From NCBI RefSeq assembly GCF_902713615.1, contig NC_052159.1:152022651-152086650 (forward strand): a DNA stretch of 64,000 nucleotides. The letters are read 5' to 3'. The stretch is from Scyliorhinus canicula. Lineage: Eukaryota. The position numbers and the translations under genes were made by a program. Below are positions 38,124-50,055 of the stretch, one piece after another. Within the stretch, counting starts at the first letter, position 1, and every line of letters begins with the position of its first letter. The notes beneath the pieces are model-generated. The model saw only the letters and a list, made by a program, of their open reading frames with translations. It did not search any database and was not told the origin of the DNA.

Positions 38124-39699
38124 ATAAGATCATGGCTGATCCTTTTGTGGACTCAACTGCACTTACTCACCCGCTCACCATAATGCTTAATTCCTTTAAA
38201 TCGTACAGTAGGTTTTTAAAATTCTTTCATGGGATGTTGGTGTCCCTGGGTTGCCCCTCCCTAATTGCCCTTGAACTGTGAGCCGTGCCACACACCATTT
38301 CAGAGTCAACCACATTGCTGTGGATCTGGAGTCACATGCAGGCCAGACCAGGTAAGGATGACAGATTTCCTTCGGTGAAGGACATTAATGAACCAGATGG
38401 GTTTTACGACCATCGACAATGGTCACCATTTCTGAGACCAGCTTTTCAATTTCAGCTTATTAATTGAATTTAAGTTCCACCAGTTGCCGTGGTGGGATTT
38501 GAACCCTTGTCTCCAGAGCATTAGCCTGGGTCTCTGGACAACTAGCCCAGTCACATTACGACTCTGCCATAAGGTAATGCATTTATAAAAAAAAAGTATT
38601 TTAATTGGCAAGCCATGTAAATGTTCTTTTGCAGTACAGTGGTTAGTTTCTTAGTGTGGGATTTTTCGCCCCTCGTGGCATATTTCTGGCAGTGGAGGCG
38701 GCCTATCATTGACTAGTGGCGCCATTTTCTGGTCCCGTTAATGTCTGTGGGGTTTTGCCTGCCACGTACCCTCCTCCAGTGGGGAAGGCATCTCATGGGG
38801 TAGCCAGCGATGGGAACGCCCAGAAAATTTGGACATAATTAAATTTGGGAAGATATATACCCAGGAACCTAAGTGCTGATAGATGTCCTTATCGCAAATC
38901 AAAAGCTCAATATTATTTAAAACCCTTTCAGAAGCTCCACAAACGCATTTAGTGGAAATGCAGCACGGGGATTAATTGATCTGGGCAAGAGGGCAATTTT
39001 CTGGGATGGGTCAGCCTCACACGATGTTTTGTAAACTGCCAATAAAAATCAGAGAAACCGGATTCACACCAGGCGTAATTTAAGCTTGAAATTCTGCCAT
39101 CCTTCTCCATCCTTTGCTCTATTTTGGCTTACGTTGAAGAAACTGTACTACTGAGCACAAATGTCAAGTTGTAGTTTTATAATCCAATTTCAGGCAGTCA
39201 AGGTCCGTTAGGGCTTAACATGGATGCAAATAATAGTAATTACCTCTAAAATATGCTTCAATTTCCATTCTCTTTCAAACACTGAAGTCAGCTCCATTGT
39301 AGCCACCGTACAGGTGGAATTGTGTTAAGAGTTCATCGTGCCAGGAATGAAATGAGTTTTTATGACTATTTTATACACATAATTACACACTTGTACATTT
39401 TTCAGCCGAAAATTGATCCCTTGATGAAGTGCTTGTGGGCTGTCTCAGTAAATCAAACCTCCATAACAGGAAATGTGAACTGCCACTCAAAACGTTCATG
39501 GATTTTCTTCCAGGTCTGACATTTTCCTCAGTCCTCAACCCTGTTGTATTTTTTGCTCTTTTTTCTTTCTGTGTAAGTGCGTCAAGATAAAGAAAGTACA
39601 TTTATGCTTTACGGAAGCCTCCTTACTTTAACTCACCCAATCAGCATTTCCTTCCAGGCCCATTCTCATTGTTTTTTTCTTTTCATTTCTGGAAACGCA

Positions 39700-40411
39700 G
39701 GGCGGGATTCTGTGATCCTGAGGCTCAGTGTTGACGCCGTCGTAAACGCCGTCGCATTTCTCAACGGCGTCAACGTGCCCACAGGAGCAGCGATTCTGAC
39801 CCCTACAGGGGGCCTACATGGCACTGGAGCGACCCACGCCGCTCCAGCTGCCAAATCCTGGCGTCAGATGGGCGCTGTAGGGTCCGCACATGTGCAGTGG
39901 CACCGGCACCAACGCGCGCATGAGCAGTAGGACCGGCGTGATTGCCGCGCATGCGCAGTAGATCCCTTCTCCGCCCCGGTCCCGATGCAACATGGCGCGG
40001 AACAAAAGAGGCCCCCAGCCCAAGAGGCCGGCTCGCCGATCGATAGGCCCCGATCGCGGGTCAGGCCACAGCGGAGGCCCTCCCCCCGGGGTCGGACCCA
40101 CGTCCCCAGCCACAAGGCCGCCCCCAGATGCATCCACGCCAAAGTCCCGCCGGCTAAGAACAGGTGCGAACGGCACCGGCCGGGACTCGGCTTTTTTTGC
40201 ACGGCAACTCAGCCCATCCCGGGTGGAGAATCACCGGTGGGGGGGCCCCATAGAGCGTTCCCAGACCGGCGCCGCGCCGACCACGCTGGCGCCAATGGCG
40301 CCGCTTCTCCACTCTCTGGAGAATCGGTGGACCGGCATCGGGGTGGCGTGGTGAGATTTGCGCCGGTCCCGGCGATTCTCCGGCTCAGCCCCGGGTGAGA
40401 GAACGCCGGCC
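39700..40411. mobile_element. GC-rich Harbinger-like MITE
   Basis: GGGCGGGATTCTGT / GAGAACGCCGGCC; flanks GCA/ACA. Confidence 0.78.
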
Positions 40412-40534
40412 ACATTTCTTCAACCTGAAGTAATGTATTTATTCTTCAAATCACTCCTTTGTGTTTATTCTCCTCTCTGCGACCTTACTTTTCTTGATTT
40501 ATTTCTTCATCGTTTGTGTTCCTTTTTTAACTGT

Positions 40535-40988
40535 CGATTGTGGCTCAGTGTGTAGTGCTCTCCCCTCTGGCTCAGAAGGTCATGGGTTCACGACCCGCTT
40601 GAGGAGAAAGCTGGGATGCTGAGGGGCTGCTGCACTGTCAGAGGGTGATGTCCTTTGGGTGCGATGTTCAACTCAAGTCCTGTTTAGTCTCTCAGGTGGA
40701 TGCAAACAATTCTGTGGCAATATTTTTGAACAAGGACAAACAAATTATCCCCAGTATCCTGGTCAATATTTCCCCCTCAACCCATATCGCAAAGACATAT
40801 GGTCATTATCATATTGTTGTTTGTGGGTGCTTGCTGTGCACAGATTGTGGGAGCTTGCTGTGCACAGATTGGTTTCTGTCCTCCCTACATTACAGCAGGA
40901 ACTACACTTCAGAAATACCACACTGGCTGCAAAGTCCTTTGGGATGTTTGGTGGTTGTGAAATGTACCAGATCAATGCAAGTCTTCCC
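40535..40988 (+). mobile_element. Deu-domain SINE
   Basis: tRNA-like head, then GCTGCACTGTCAGAGG...CTCAGGTGGATG...GTCCTGGTCAATATTT. Further copies at about 41865-42095, 56600-56915 and 30730-32035 (-). Confidence 0.75.
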
Positions 40989-41309
40989 TTTTTTAATGCT
41001 GCTTCACCATCAACAACACATAGATCTCTCCTGTGTACTATTTTCAAATGCACTCCTCCAGCCAAGTCCCCCCCACCTCCAAATCCCTTTGTCACTGATC
41101 GTTCATATCCCCCCCTCCCCCCCACCCCCCACCACCTGCCTGCTCCTGAGGAACAAGTTTTAATTTCAACGATAATGCAAACTGAATGATAGGCATGAGT
41201 CACCTTTTAAACACCTCTTGATATTCATTTCCACTGACTTCAACACTCATGGGGCTGGTTTCATGCTGTTGGGTTGCTATGCAATGATGAGTCGTGTGAA
41301 ATGGTACAA

Positions 41310-41840
41310 TAGCAGTCATCCGGCCACCACATTACAGGAGGAATTTGATCGCACCAGAGACGGTGCTGAAGACTTGACGAGGATGTGGTCAGGAATGGAG
41401 AATTTTACCTCTGAGGGAAGATTGATTAGACTGAGATCCTTCCCTTTGGAAAAGAGAAGGCTGAGGTACGAATTTACTTGAGATGTATATGATTACAAGG
41501 CCCTGGATAGAATGGATCGGAAGGGCTGATTTCCCCGACCAAAGAAGTCAATCGCTACAGGGTATAGATTTTAAATAGCTAACAGGTGGATTGGAGAAGT
41601 TGAGGGGAATTGTTACCACCCAGTGGATGGAGTGGTCTGCAACTCAATGTCTGATCAGGTGGCAGAGGCAGAGGCAGAGACCAAAATCTCATTAAAACAT
41701 TCTTGGACATGCACTTTGAATGCTGCTGTAGGAATAAGGAACACGCACTGGAAGCCTGGCTTCGGCTGGATACTTCCTTGTAGGGTAGCACGGACATGTT
41801 GGGTTGAATGGCCCCCTTCTCTCCCACTGAATTTCTGTGA
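41310..41840 (+). mobile_element. Degraded CR1 3' fragment
   Basis: RL.RLRSFPLEKRRLR and a CR1-type tail GGTTGAATGGCC. Confidence 0.65.
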
Positions 41841-42314
41841 TTCAGTGTCTGGGCGATAAAACTCTCACCGGAGTCTGGTTGAGGTGAGCACATAATAAAA
41901 GTTGATACTCCAGTGCAATCCTGAGGAAACACTACATTGGCCACAGGTGCTTTGTTTTGGATGAAACATTAAAGTGGGCACCGTCTGTCCTCTCAGGTGG
42001 ATGCAAAAGATCCCGTGGCACTACCTCAAATACGAGCACGGGAGTTATCCTTGTGTAGCATTTATGCCTGAACTATCATGACTCAAAAAACAGATGGGAC
42101 GTGAAAGGTTAACCCTGGGGTGGATTCCCCATTGCCCGAGACTGGTAGCGGGATTCCCGATTGGGCGGAGAATGGGGCATCGAGGGAAAAACAGGTGCCG
42201 CCACTTGTCAGCGAGGCGGGGGGCACAATTTACGTTGTTGGGGGAGGGACGCCACCGGACCCTCCGTATCAGGCCGCCCGCTCAAAGTGCCAGTGGAGGC
42301 CAGCCGTGATTCTC

Positions 42315-42502
42315 TTTTTTTTCATAAGGACCCAATTTGTTTTTTCCAATTAAGGGGCAATTTAGCCTGGCCAATCCACCGAGCCGGCACATCTTTGTGT
42401 TGTGGGGGCGAAACCCACGCAGACACGGGGAGAATGTGCAAACTCCACACGGACAGTGACCCAGAGCCGCGGACCTCGGCGCCGTGAGGCAGCGGTGCAA
42501 CA
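42315..42502 (-). mobile_element. HE1-like tRNA SINE
   Basis: Core ACCCACGCAGACACGGGGAGAATGTGCAAACTCC. Confidence 0.85.
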
Positions 42503-43196
42503 GTGAGTCCTAGAGCCGTGATTCTCTGCTGGCGGGAGAATGGAGAATCCAGGCCTCTGTTCTTGCTCCACAGACGCTGCCAAGCCTGCTGGGCTTTTCC
42601 AGCATTTTCTGTTTCCATTTCAGAGATCCAGCATCTGCAGTATTTTACCTTTCTCAAAGAACACATCACCTGATCGATCTCAATTTCAACCGATTGACTG
42701 CCAAGGGTTCCTACGTTACATCAGTGAAGACAATTCAGAGAAGTGCTCAAATGATTGTAAGGTGCTTTGTGATGTCTTGTGGTTGTGAACAGTGCTGTGT
42801 AAATAAATGTTTTCTTCAGCACGAAGTAAAGCCTATTCGAGCCATTTCTTAATGGCTTTACTTTTCCCTGGTTTCTGTGCTGTCAGTTTGGGTCCCCTGG
42901 GCTTCACTTCTTATGCACAATTTTGACACCAAGAATAAACCTCATGAGGATTCCCCATCATGTCTGCTTGGAAGAAGCGGATGGTAAACGCAAACAGAAT
43001 CAGGCAGGAAAGTGACATGGGAGGTGTTCTAATCCCAATCACAGCTACCCACACGCATGCATCTGTCAGCAGGGATCCATGGATTGTGACATATCTTATG
43101 AAAGCAATTTCTAAATCTGGCCAAAAAAAAAAATCTGCAATAATTTAAGTACAATCATGATTGCATTGAAAACTTATAGGCCTAGATTTACCAGCT

Positions 43197-43420
43197 TGTA
43201 ATGAACTCCAATTGGCTTTATTGGTTGGCCAATTGGAGTATGAGCTCCCTCAATGATAGCTCATTGAGGGGGCCCATATAATCACCTGTGTAGGTTTTGT
43301 GAGCCAGTCTTAAGTTGACTGGACTGCTAGCAGCACTGTTTGTAGCTGCTCCTGTAATATTGTTATTGTAAATAAATATTGGTGTGGTGACGGAACTCCT
43401 GCCTCCCGTGGATTACTACA
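43197..43420 (+). repeat. 5' LTR of the Gypsy element
   Basis: TGTAATGAAC...GATTACTACA; 5 substitutions versus 47597-47820; AATAAA at about 43371. Confidence 0.97.
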
Positions 43421-43421
43421 G

Positions 43422-43432
43422 TGGCGACGAGG
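43422..43432 (+). promoter_or_regulatory. Primer-binding site (tRNA-Ser GCU type)
   Basis: TGGCGACGAGG one base after the 5' LTR, complementary to the vertebrate tRNA-Ser(GCU) 3' end ...CCUCGUCGCCA. Confidence 0.85.
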
Positions 43433-43495
43433 TAAACTACAAATTTTGCGGAGACCAGCTGCCGCACTCAGAGGGTAAGCCTTGCCATTTTAAAA

Positions 43496-45616
43496 ATGCC
43501 GTTTTTTGGGAGGTTAGAGGCATTCGACCCGGCTATTGAGGACTGGTCCCAGTATGTGGAGAGAATGTGTTACTTCTTCCGGGCAAATAGTATACTGACG
43601 GGTGAAAGGAGACGGCTTATCCTGCTGTCGGTGTGCAGACCCTCCGCTTTCGCCATTATACGTAGTCTGACTTATCCCGATGCGCCGGACACAAAAACTT
43701 TCCAAGAAGTAACGGAATTGGTGAAAGAGCACTACGACCCAAAACCACCCCTCATTTTGCGTAGGTACAGATTCTACACAGCGAAGCGGGAAGACAGGGA
43801 GTCAGTCACGAATTTCTTGACCCGCCTGAAAAGGCTGGCGGAAAAATGTGAGTTCGGCCCGACGCTAAATGAAATGCTTCGGGACCGGTTAGTGTGCGGT
43901 ATAAACGACCTCACAATACAGAAACACCTGTTGGCGGAAACGGAGCTAGACTGCAGGCAGGCATTACAGCTCGTACTGTCCCTAGAAAGGGCAGCAAGTG
44001 GGACGCAGGAACTACAGAGCACGCCAATGGAGGTAGATACCTGTGAGAGGGACTACCACAACGGGTCCTGCTACCAGATAGCCGCTCTCAGGAAAAACCT
44101 GAGGAATAGAGGGAAAAAGGAAAACCCCAGAACTGCCCCCAAGTCTGCCAGGACTAACTGGAGACAGAGGGAAGTACCGACTGAGGCTCCCCCAACAGAG
44201 AAGGACCGTTTCTGGCACCAGACAGAGTGGGGTAACAACGACAGAAACCCTAGAAGGAGGTGGCAAAAGAGGAATAGCAGGTGGGGACGCAGGGAAGTAC
44301 ACAACCTAGACGCCCCATCCTCCTCCAAAGGGGAACGATTATATAATATTACAACGAAGAAAGCAGAACCCATTAGGATTACCCCACGGGTGAACGGACG
44401 GCCGACAATAATGGAAATAGACACGGGTGCGGCCGTATCAGTAATGGGAGTGGCAGCATTTAGAAAAATCAAAGATGGACTCCAGCCACTAACCCTAACA
44501 AAAACATCGACAAAACTTAAAACCTACACGGGGGAACCCCTGGAAGCTCTAGGCACGACTCATGTACCTGTGAAATATGAGAAACAATTGCTCAGATTAC
44601 CGTTGACTATAGTAGAGGGCTCCGGACCGAGCTTAATTGGACGGAACTGGCTGAAAGACCTAAAATTAGATTGGATGAAAATTTTCCAGAGTGGAAGCGG
44701 GCAGTTGAGTGGAGTACTCCAAAAATACCCAGAGGTCTTCCAGGAAGGTTTGGGGGAAATCATAGGTGCCAAAGCAACTTTGCACGTAGACCCAGAGGCC
44801 CTTCCGAAATTTTGTAAGGCCAGGCCGGTACCTTTTGCATTAAGAAAGAAAGTAGATGACGAAATAGAAAGGTTACGGCGTGACGGCATTATCAGACCAG
44901 TACAATTCTCGGAATGGGCAGCGCCGGTGGTGCCAATTTTGAAGCCAGACGGCTCGGTACGTCTCTGTGGAGATTTCAAACAGACAGTAAACAAATACGC
45001 ACTGCTGGACAAATACCCAATCCCGAAAATAGACTACCTATATGCCAAATTGGCAGGTGGGCTTTTGTTCACGAAACTAGACATGAGCCATGCCTACCTG
45101 CAGTTAAAACTGGACAAGGGCTCCCAGAAGTTCGCTACGATCAACACCCTGAAGAGCCTTTTTCGTTATACTAGGCTACCTTTTGGAGTGTCATCAGCCT
45201 GCGCTATATTCCAGCGTACGATAGAAAATATTCTACAGGGACTACCACAGGTGCCGATTTATTTGGACGATGTCTTAATCACGGGTAGGACAAACAGGGA
45301 ACACTTAAGGAACCTGGAGGAAGTGCTCAGGCGTTTCGCAAAGGCAGGCGTACGGCTAAGAAGGGGAAAATGTGTTTTTCTGGCCCCACAAGTGACGTAC
45401 CTGGGATATAAAGTCGACGAGTCAGGCTTACATCCATTAGAAGACAGAGTAAGGGCAATAAAAGAAGCCCCAGCTCCCACCACGGTCCAGGAGTTACGAT
45501 CATTTCTAGGGTTGGTAACCTATTATGGAAAATTTATTGAAAATAGGGCGTCCATCCTAGAACCCCTCCACCAGCTACTAAAAAAGGGGCAAGAATGGAA
45601 ATGGTCCACCCGCTAA
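43496..45616 (+). CDS. gag-pol: Gag-protease-reverse transcriptase portion of the Gypsy polyprotein (ends at a frameshift)
   Basis: 706-aa ORF: Mag-type gag (EDWSQYVERM, LRDRLVCGI), aspartic protease MEIDTGAAVS, RT motifs RLCGDFK, RLPFGVSSA and YLDD. Confidence 0.93.
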   Translation: MPFFGRLEAFDPAIEDWSQYVERMCYFFRANSILTGERRRLILLSVCRPSAFAIIRSLTYPDAPDTKTFQEVTELVKEHYDPKPPLILRRYRFYTAKREDRESVTNFLTRLKRLAEKCEFGPTLNEMLRDRLVCGINDLTIQKHLLAETELDCRQALQLVLSLERAASGTQELQSTPMEVDTCERDYHNGSCYQIAALRKNLRNRGKKENPRTAPKSARTNWRQREVPTEAPPTEKDRFWHQTEWGNNDRNPRRRWQKRNSRWGRREVHNLDAPSSSKGERLYNITTKKAEPIRITPRVNGRPTIMEIDTGAAVSVMGVAAFRKIKDGLQPLTLTKTSTKLKTYTGEPLEALGTTHVPVKYEKQLLRLPLTIVEGSGPSLIGRNWLKDLKLDWMKIFQSGSGQLSGVLQKYPEVFQEGLGEIIGAKATLHVDPEALPKFCKARPVPFALRKKVDDEIERLRRDGIIRPVQFSEWAAPVVPILKPDGSVRLCGDFKQTVNKYALLDKYPIPKIDYLYAKLAGGLLFTKLDMSHAYLQLKLDKGSQKFATINTLKSLFRYTRLPFGVSSACAIFQRTIENILQGLPQVPIYLDDVLITGRTNREHLRNLEEVLRRFAKAGVRLRRGKCVFLAPQVTYLGYKVDESGLHPLEDRVRAIKEAPAPTTVQELRSFLGLVTYYGKFIENRASILEPLHQLLKKGQEWKWSTR

Positions 45617-47596
45617 ACCGAGCATTTAGGGACATTAAGGAACAGCTGTCATCCGAAAATGTCCTAGAGCATTATGACCCAAGGAAGGAGTTGGTGGTCA
45701 CTTGTGATGCATCCCCATACGGGGTAGGAGCCGTCTTAGCCCATAGAGGAAGGAATGGGGAAGAATGGCCAATGGCCAATAGCCTATGCTTCGAGGGCCT
45801 TGGCGATGGCTGAGAGGAAGTACGCCCAAATCGAGAAGGAAGGACTGGCGGTGATATTCACAGTAAAAAAATTTCACCAGTATCTGTACGGGCGGAAATT
45901 CACCATAGTGACAGACCATAAGCCGTTATTAGAGTTATTAAAAGAAGACAAGTCAATACCCCCGATTGCATCAGCTAGAATCCAACGCTGGACGTGGCTA
46001 CTGGCGGCATATAGATACGTTCTGGAGCACAGACTGGGAACGCGAGTAGCACATGCAGATGCTTTGAGCAGACTTCCCCTCCCGGACACTCCGCCGCAAA
46101 TACCAAAAGTAGAGGAGACAGTAATGACGCTAAATTTTTTGGACAACCTACCAGTAGACGCACAACATATTTGTTTGTGGACGCAAAAAGACCCATTTTA
46201 GCCAAGATGAAGCATTTACTGCTAACAGGGGAACTGGAAAGACCAGTGGAGCCCCAGATGCACCCATACTGGAGCAGAAGGGACCAAATAACCGTAGAAG
46301 ACGGTATCCTATTATGGGGAGCCAGGGTAATCGTCCCAGCTCAGGACCGTCAGGCAATCTTAACTGAGTTACATCACGGACACCCAGGGGTGTCTAAACT
46401 GAAGATGCTAGCTCGAAGCTACGTTTGGTGGCCAGGTTTGGACACAGACATAGCAGCCTTGGTACGTCGGTGCCAAGAGTGCCAACAGGGGCAAAGAGTG
46501 CCACCAGCGGCGCCATTGCACCCGTGGGAATGGCCAGGCAGACCGTGGACCCGCCTGCATATTGACCATGCCGGCCCTTTCATGGGCTCAATGTTTTTGG
46601 TGATAGTGGACGCCCACTCCAAATGGTTGGACGTCCACCGGGTAAACACGGCAAGCACAGCATCGACAATTGAAAAGCTCAGGGCCTCGTTTGCAACACA
46701 TGGACTTCCGGAGGTATTGGTGTCGGACAACAGAACGGCATTCACAAGTGGGGAATTTGGAAAATTTCTGAAGGAAAACGGAGTCCGTCACATCAGAACG
46801 GCCCCTTACCATCCAGCGACCAACGGCCTGGCAGAGAGAGCGGTCCAGACACTTAAAGCGGGACTCAAGAAGCAGCCGGCAGCATCAATGGACACAAAGC
46901 TCTCCCGCTGGCTGTTGATTACAGGACCACACCGCATTCCACAACGGGCATACCGCCAGCTGAACTCTTAATGGGAAGGCGGCTGCAAACGAGGCTGAGT
47001 CTCCTTTTCCCAAATTTAACGGGGAAAGTGGAGAAACGTCAGGAGGCCCAATGCAGGGGGCATGATAATAGTCGGCAGCAGAGACATTTCCAGGTGGGGG
47101 CACCGGTTTGGGTCAAGAATTATGGGAATGGACCAACGTGGGTCAAAGGCACGGTAGAGTCCCAAACAGGGCCCATACCCTATGTGGTTTCAATAGGAGG
47201 TAAGGTGTTGAAGAAACACCTAGACCAAATAAAGGCAGCGGAACCACACCTGGAGGCAGGCGAAGCAGGATCGCCTCAAGCTGGGATAGCCCAGACGGAA
47301 AGGATACCCACACCCCAGCCCCGAGCAATTTCTCCAGACTCCGTCATCCAGTCATCAGAGTCGGAGATGGACACACTCGACGAGGCCGCCGCGACACCTC
47401 TCCCCGAGGAGGAGGAAGAACAACTTTCAAGGCGGTCGTCAAGGAAAAGACGGGCACCTATAAGGTACACCCCGCCCACTTTGGAGAACGACCCGGCGGA
47501 CGACACAGAGGTGACAGACCCAGACATCAGGAGCAGGAAGAAGCTCAGAGGAATGCCAGCTGGCAGAAATTCCTCGGACCTTGGGGGGGGGAGGGG
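45610..47596 (+). pseudogene. pol: Frameshifted RNase H and integrase remainder of pol
   Basis: RNase H motifs TCDASPYGVGAVL, YAQIEKE and TDHKPL; integrase HHCC (LHHGHPG...CQEC) and D,D35E core (HIDHAGP, VSDN, NGLAERAV). These are split over ORFs 45595, 45755, 46171 and 46971. One shift is caused by a 7-bp duplication (AATGGCC) at about 45764-45780. Confidence 0.92.
47583..47596 (+). promoter_or_regulatory. Polypurine tract
   Basis: GGGGGGGGGAGGGG abutting the 3' LTR. Confidence 0.9.
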
Positions 47597-47820
47597 TGTA
47601 ATGAACTCCAATTGGCTTTATTGGTTGGCCAATTGGAGTATGAGCTCCCTCAATGATAGCTCATTGAGGGGGCCCATATAAGCACCTGTGTAGGCTTTGT
47701 GAGCCAGTCTTAAGTTGACTGGACTGCTAGCAGCACTGTTTGTAGCTGCTCCTGTAATATCGTTATTGTAAATAAATATTGGTGTGGTGACGGAACTCCT
47801 AGCTCCCGTGGATTACTACA
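47597..47820 (+). repeat. 3' LTR of the Gypsy element
   Basis: Direct repeat of 43197-43420, immediately preceded by a purine tract. Confidence 0.97.
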
Positions 47821-48112
47821 CAGCTGATTCACTCTGATTTTACTTTTTGCTTTGCTGCGATAACAACCATGGAAAAGTTGGCACTTCTTGACCCTCAAAT
47901 AAATTGTTGAATCAAAATTTCCGATTGTTGAAATGTCGCCCAAAATGCATCGCTGGTAAGTCCTTGACAATGCTTAATTCAGATTATTACATAATTCTAA
48001 CATTTATACCCAACAACGTGAAAAATTACATCATTAATTCTTCATCGGTGGAACTTTACAACCCCCGTCACAGTGAGGGTCATTTAATGCGGCGAGCCAT
48101 TCAAACGTCCAT

Positions 48113-48746
48113 GGCCAGGATTCTCCCAGAGCCGAACTTGCGCTCGGCGTGGGGATGGAGAATGGGATGTCAGACCCGTGATCGGGTCCAACGACTTCTT
48201 GCGATTCTCCGCCGACCGGAGAATTGCCGCCAGCCACACAAACGCGGTCAGGGGCCACTGAAAGAAGCCCCGGCGGCGATTCTCCGCCGGCAGCTGGCTG
48301 AGTTCCCCCGGCGTGGTTGTAACATGGTTCCACCCGGTGGGCACTCGGAGTGGCGGCTGCTGCGGCCGCCCTGGTTGGGGGGGGGGGATCCATCATGGTG
48401 GAGGGGGGGTCCTCCAGGACGGCCAGGGTTCCGATTAAGGGCCACTGATCGGAGGGCCCGGGCAATCTGGGAGGGGTCTATACTGTTGGGGCCGGCTTGC
48501 TGTGTGGGTCCGCCATATTGCACAGGGCCGCCGCCACAGGCGACCGTCGCACGCATGCGCAGACCTGCGGCCGGAAGTGCAGGGCACCGAATCGGCAGCC
48601 GGAGGTGCGCGGACTACTCCAGCGCCCTGCTGGCCCCCTTCAGGTCAGTGAATCCTTGGGCTAATGGGCCCCTTGACGTCGGCGTAAAACGCTCCGATGT
48701 CTACGCCGGCATCAACACTTAGCCACCGTTTCGGAGAATCCCGTAA
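48113..48746. mobile_element. GC-rich Harbinger-like MITE
   Basis: GGCCAGGATTCTCC / GGAGAATCCCG; repeated ATTCTCC/GGAGAAT motifs. Confidence 0.75.
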
Positions 48747-49750
48747 CTGAGTGAGACTGGAAAATGGGCCGATGTACAATTCCGCCTTACGATTACTCTT
48801 TTTACTTCAACAGTTGTGCCTCACTTTGGAGTCTCCTGAGGACAGCAAAGAAATGCAATTTTTTTTTCCCGGCTTCTTCCTCCTGTCTGTGAGGATTCTC
48901 CTTCAGAACCTTCACCATTTAATGACGGACTATTCGGTTGCTGGTCAGTTATGAGGACGAGAGACAATTCTTTAATTTTGCTGAGCTACCCCTGGGCCGC
49001 AGACAACTCCCCACCCGTCATGCCCTGTGCTCACAGAGTGCTGCCAATTAACTTCACTGAGCGATGTTGCTTTGTGCAGTTAGCCCGCTGCATGCCTTCC
49101 TGCTTCATACACACACTCACACACACACGGAACATTTGTCATGACCAATATCTCTGCTGACGTTACAAAATCCTGTCTCCTCATCATAACAGGAACGTGT
49201 GGAATCAGGAGGAGTACATCTGCCCATCGAGTCTCTACCACCATCCGAGAAGACCGCGGCTTATTTAGAAATCAGATCCATCCACATGCCTCGTCTCCAT
49301 AATCGTTAATGTCTTTACCTAAAAAAAAATGATCAACCTTAGTTTGAAAAATTTGTCTTGAACTCTAACCTCAACAGCTTTTGAGTTTCATATTTCTAAT
49401 AATAATAATCTTTATTGTCACAAGTAGGCTTACATTAACACTGCAATGAAGTTACTGTGAAAATCCCTTAGTCGTGTGACAAAGTGCTTGCCGACATTCT
49501 CCCTGAATGATTTAGTTCTAATTTTACGTTACGTCTCTTATTTCGGTCTCTCCCACCAGAAGCAATCGTTTCTCTCTGTCTACCCTATCAAATCCTTTAA
49601 TCATCTTTGCAACTCAACTAGTTTGCCCTTTAATCATCTATGCTCGGGTCAATGCAAGTCCAGTCTTCATGGAATCTTTTGTTATAATTTAACCCTGGTA
49701 TTATCCATTGATGATATGTTCTACCTTGCTACAGATGTAGCTACCATACA

Positions 49751-50055
49751 ATAATAATAATCTTTGTTGTCACAAGTAGGCTTACATTTACACTGCAATG
49801 AAGTTACTGTGAAAATCCCCTCAATGCCACATTCCGCCGCCTGTTCGGGTATACAGAGGGAGAATTCAGAATGTCCCGTTCACCTAACCGCATACCTTTC
49901 GGGACTTGTGGGAAGAAACCACAGCACCCGGAGGAAACCCATGCAGACACGGGGAGAACGTTCAAACTCTGCAGAGACAGTGACCCAAGCCGGGAATCGA
50001 ACTTGGGACCCTGGCGCTGTGAAGCAACAGTGCTAACCACTGTGCTACCGTGCCG
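49751..50055 (-). mobile_element. HE1-like tRNA SINE (TTCACAGTAAC tail)
   Basis: Same type as 22551; a tail-only copy lies at about 49397-49474. Confidence 0.88.

Larger units (their letters stand above)
43197..47820 (+). mobile_element. Full-length Ty3/Gypsy (Mag-like) LTR retrotransposon, coding-defective
   Basis: Two 224-bp TG..CA LTRs; 5-bp TSD CAGCT at 43192-43196 and 47821-47825; PBS; PPT; domain order gag-PR-RT-RH-IN. Confidence 0.97.

Noticed and set aside
44071-45483. Antisense ORFs within the Gypsy element
   Set aside because: Shadow ORFs of the gag-pol frame.
46971-47681. Separate 236-aa ORF as a possible env or accessory gene
   Set aside because: It is the frameshifted integrase C-terminus (ELLMGRRL..., RRSSRKRRAP) running into the 3' LTR, with no signal peptide or transmembrane segment.
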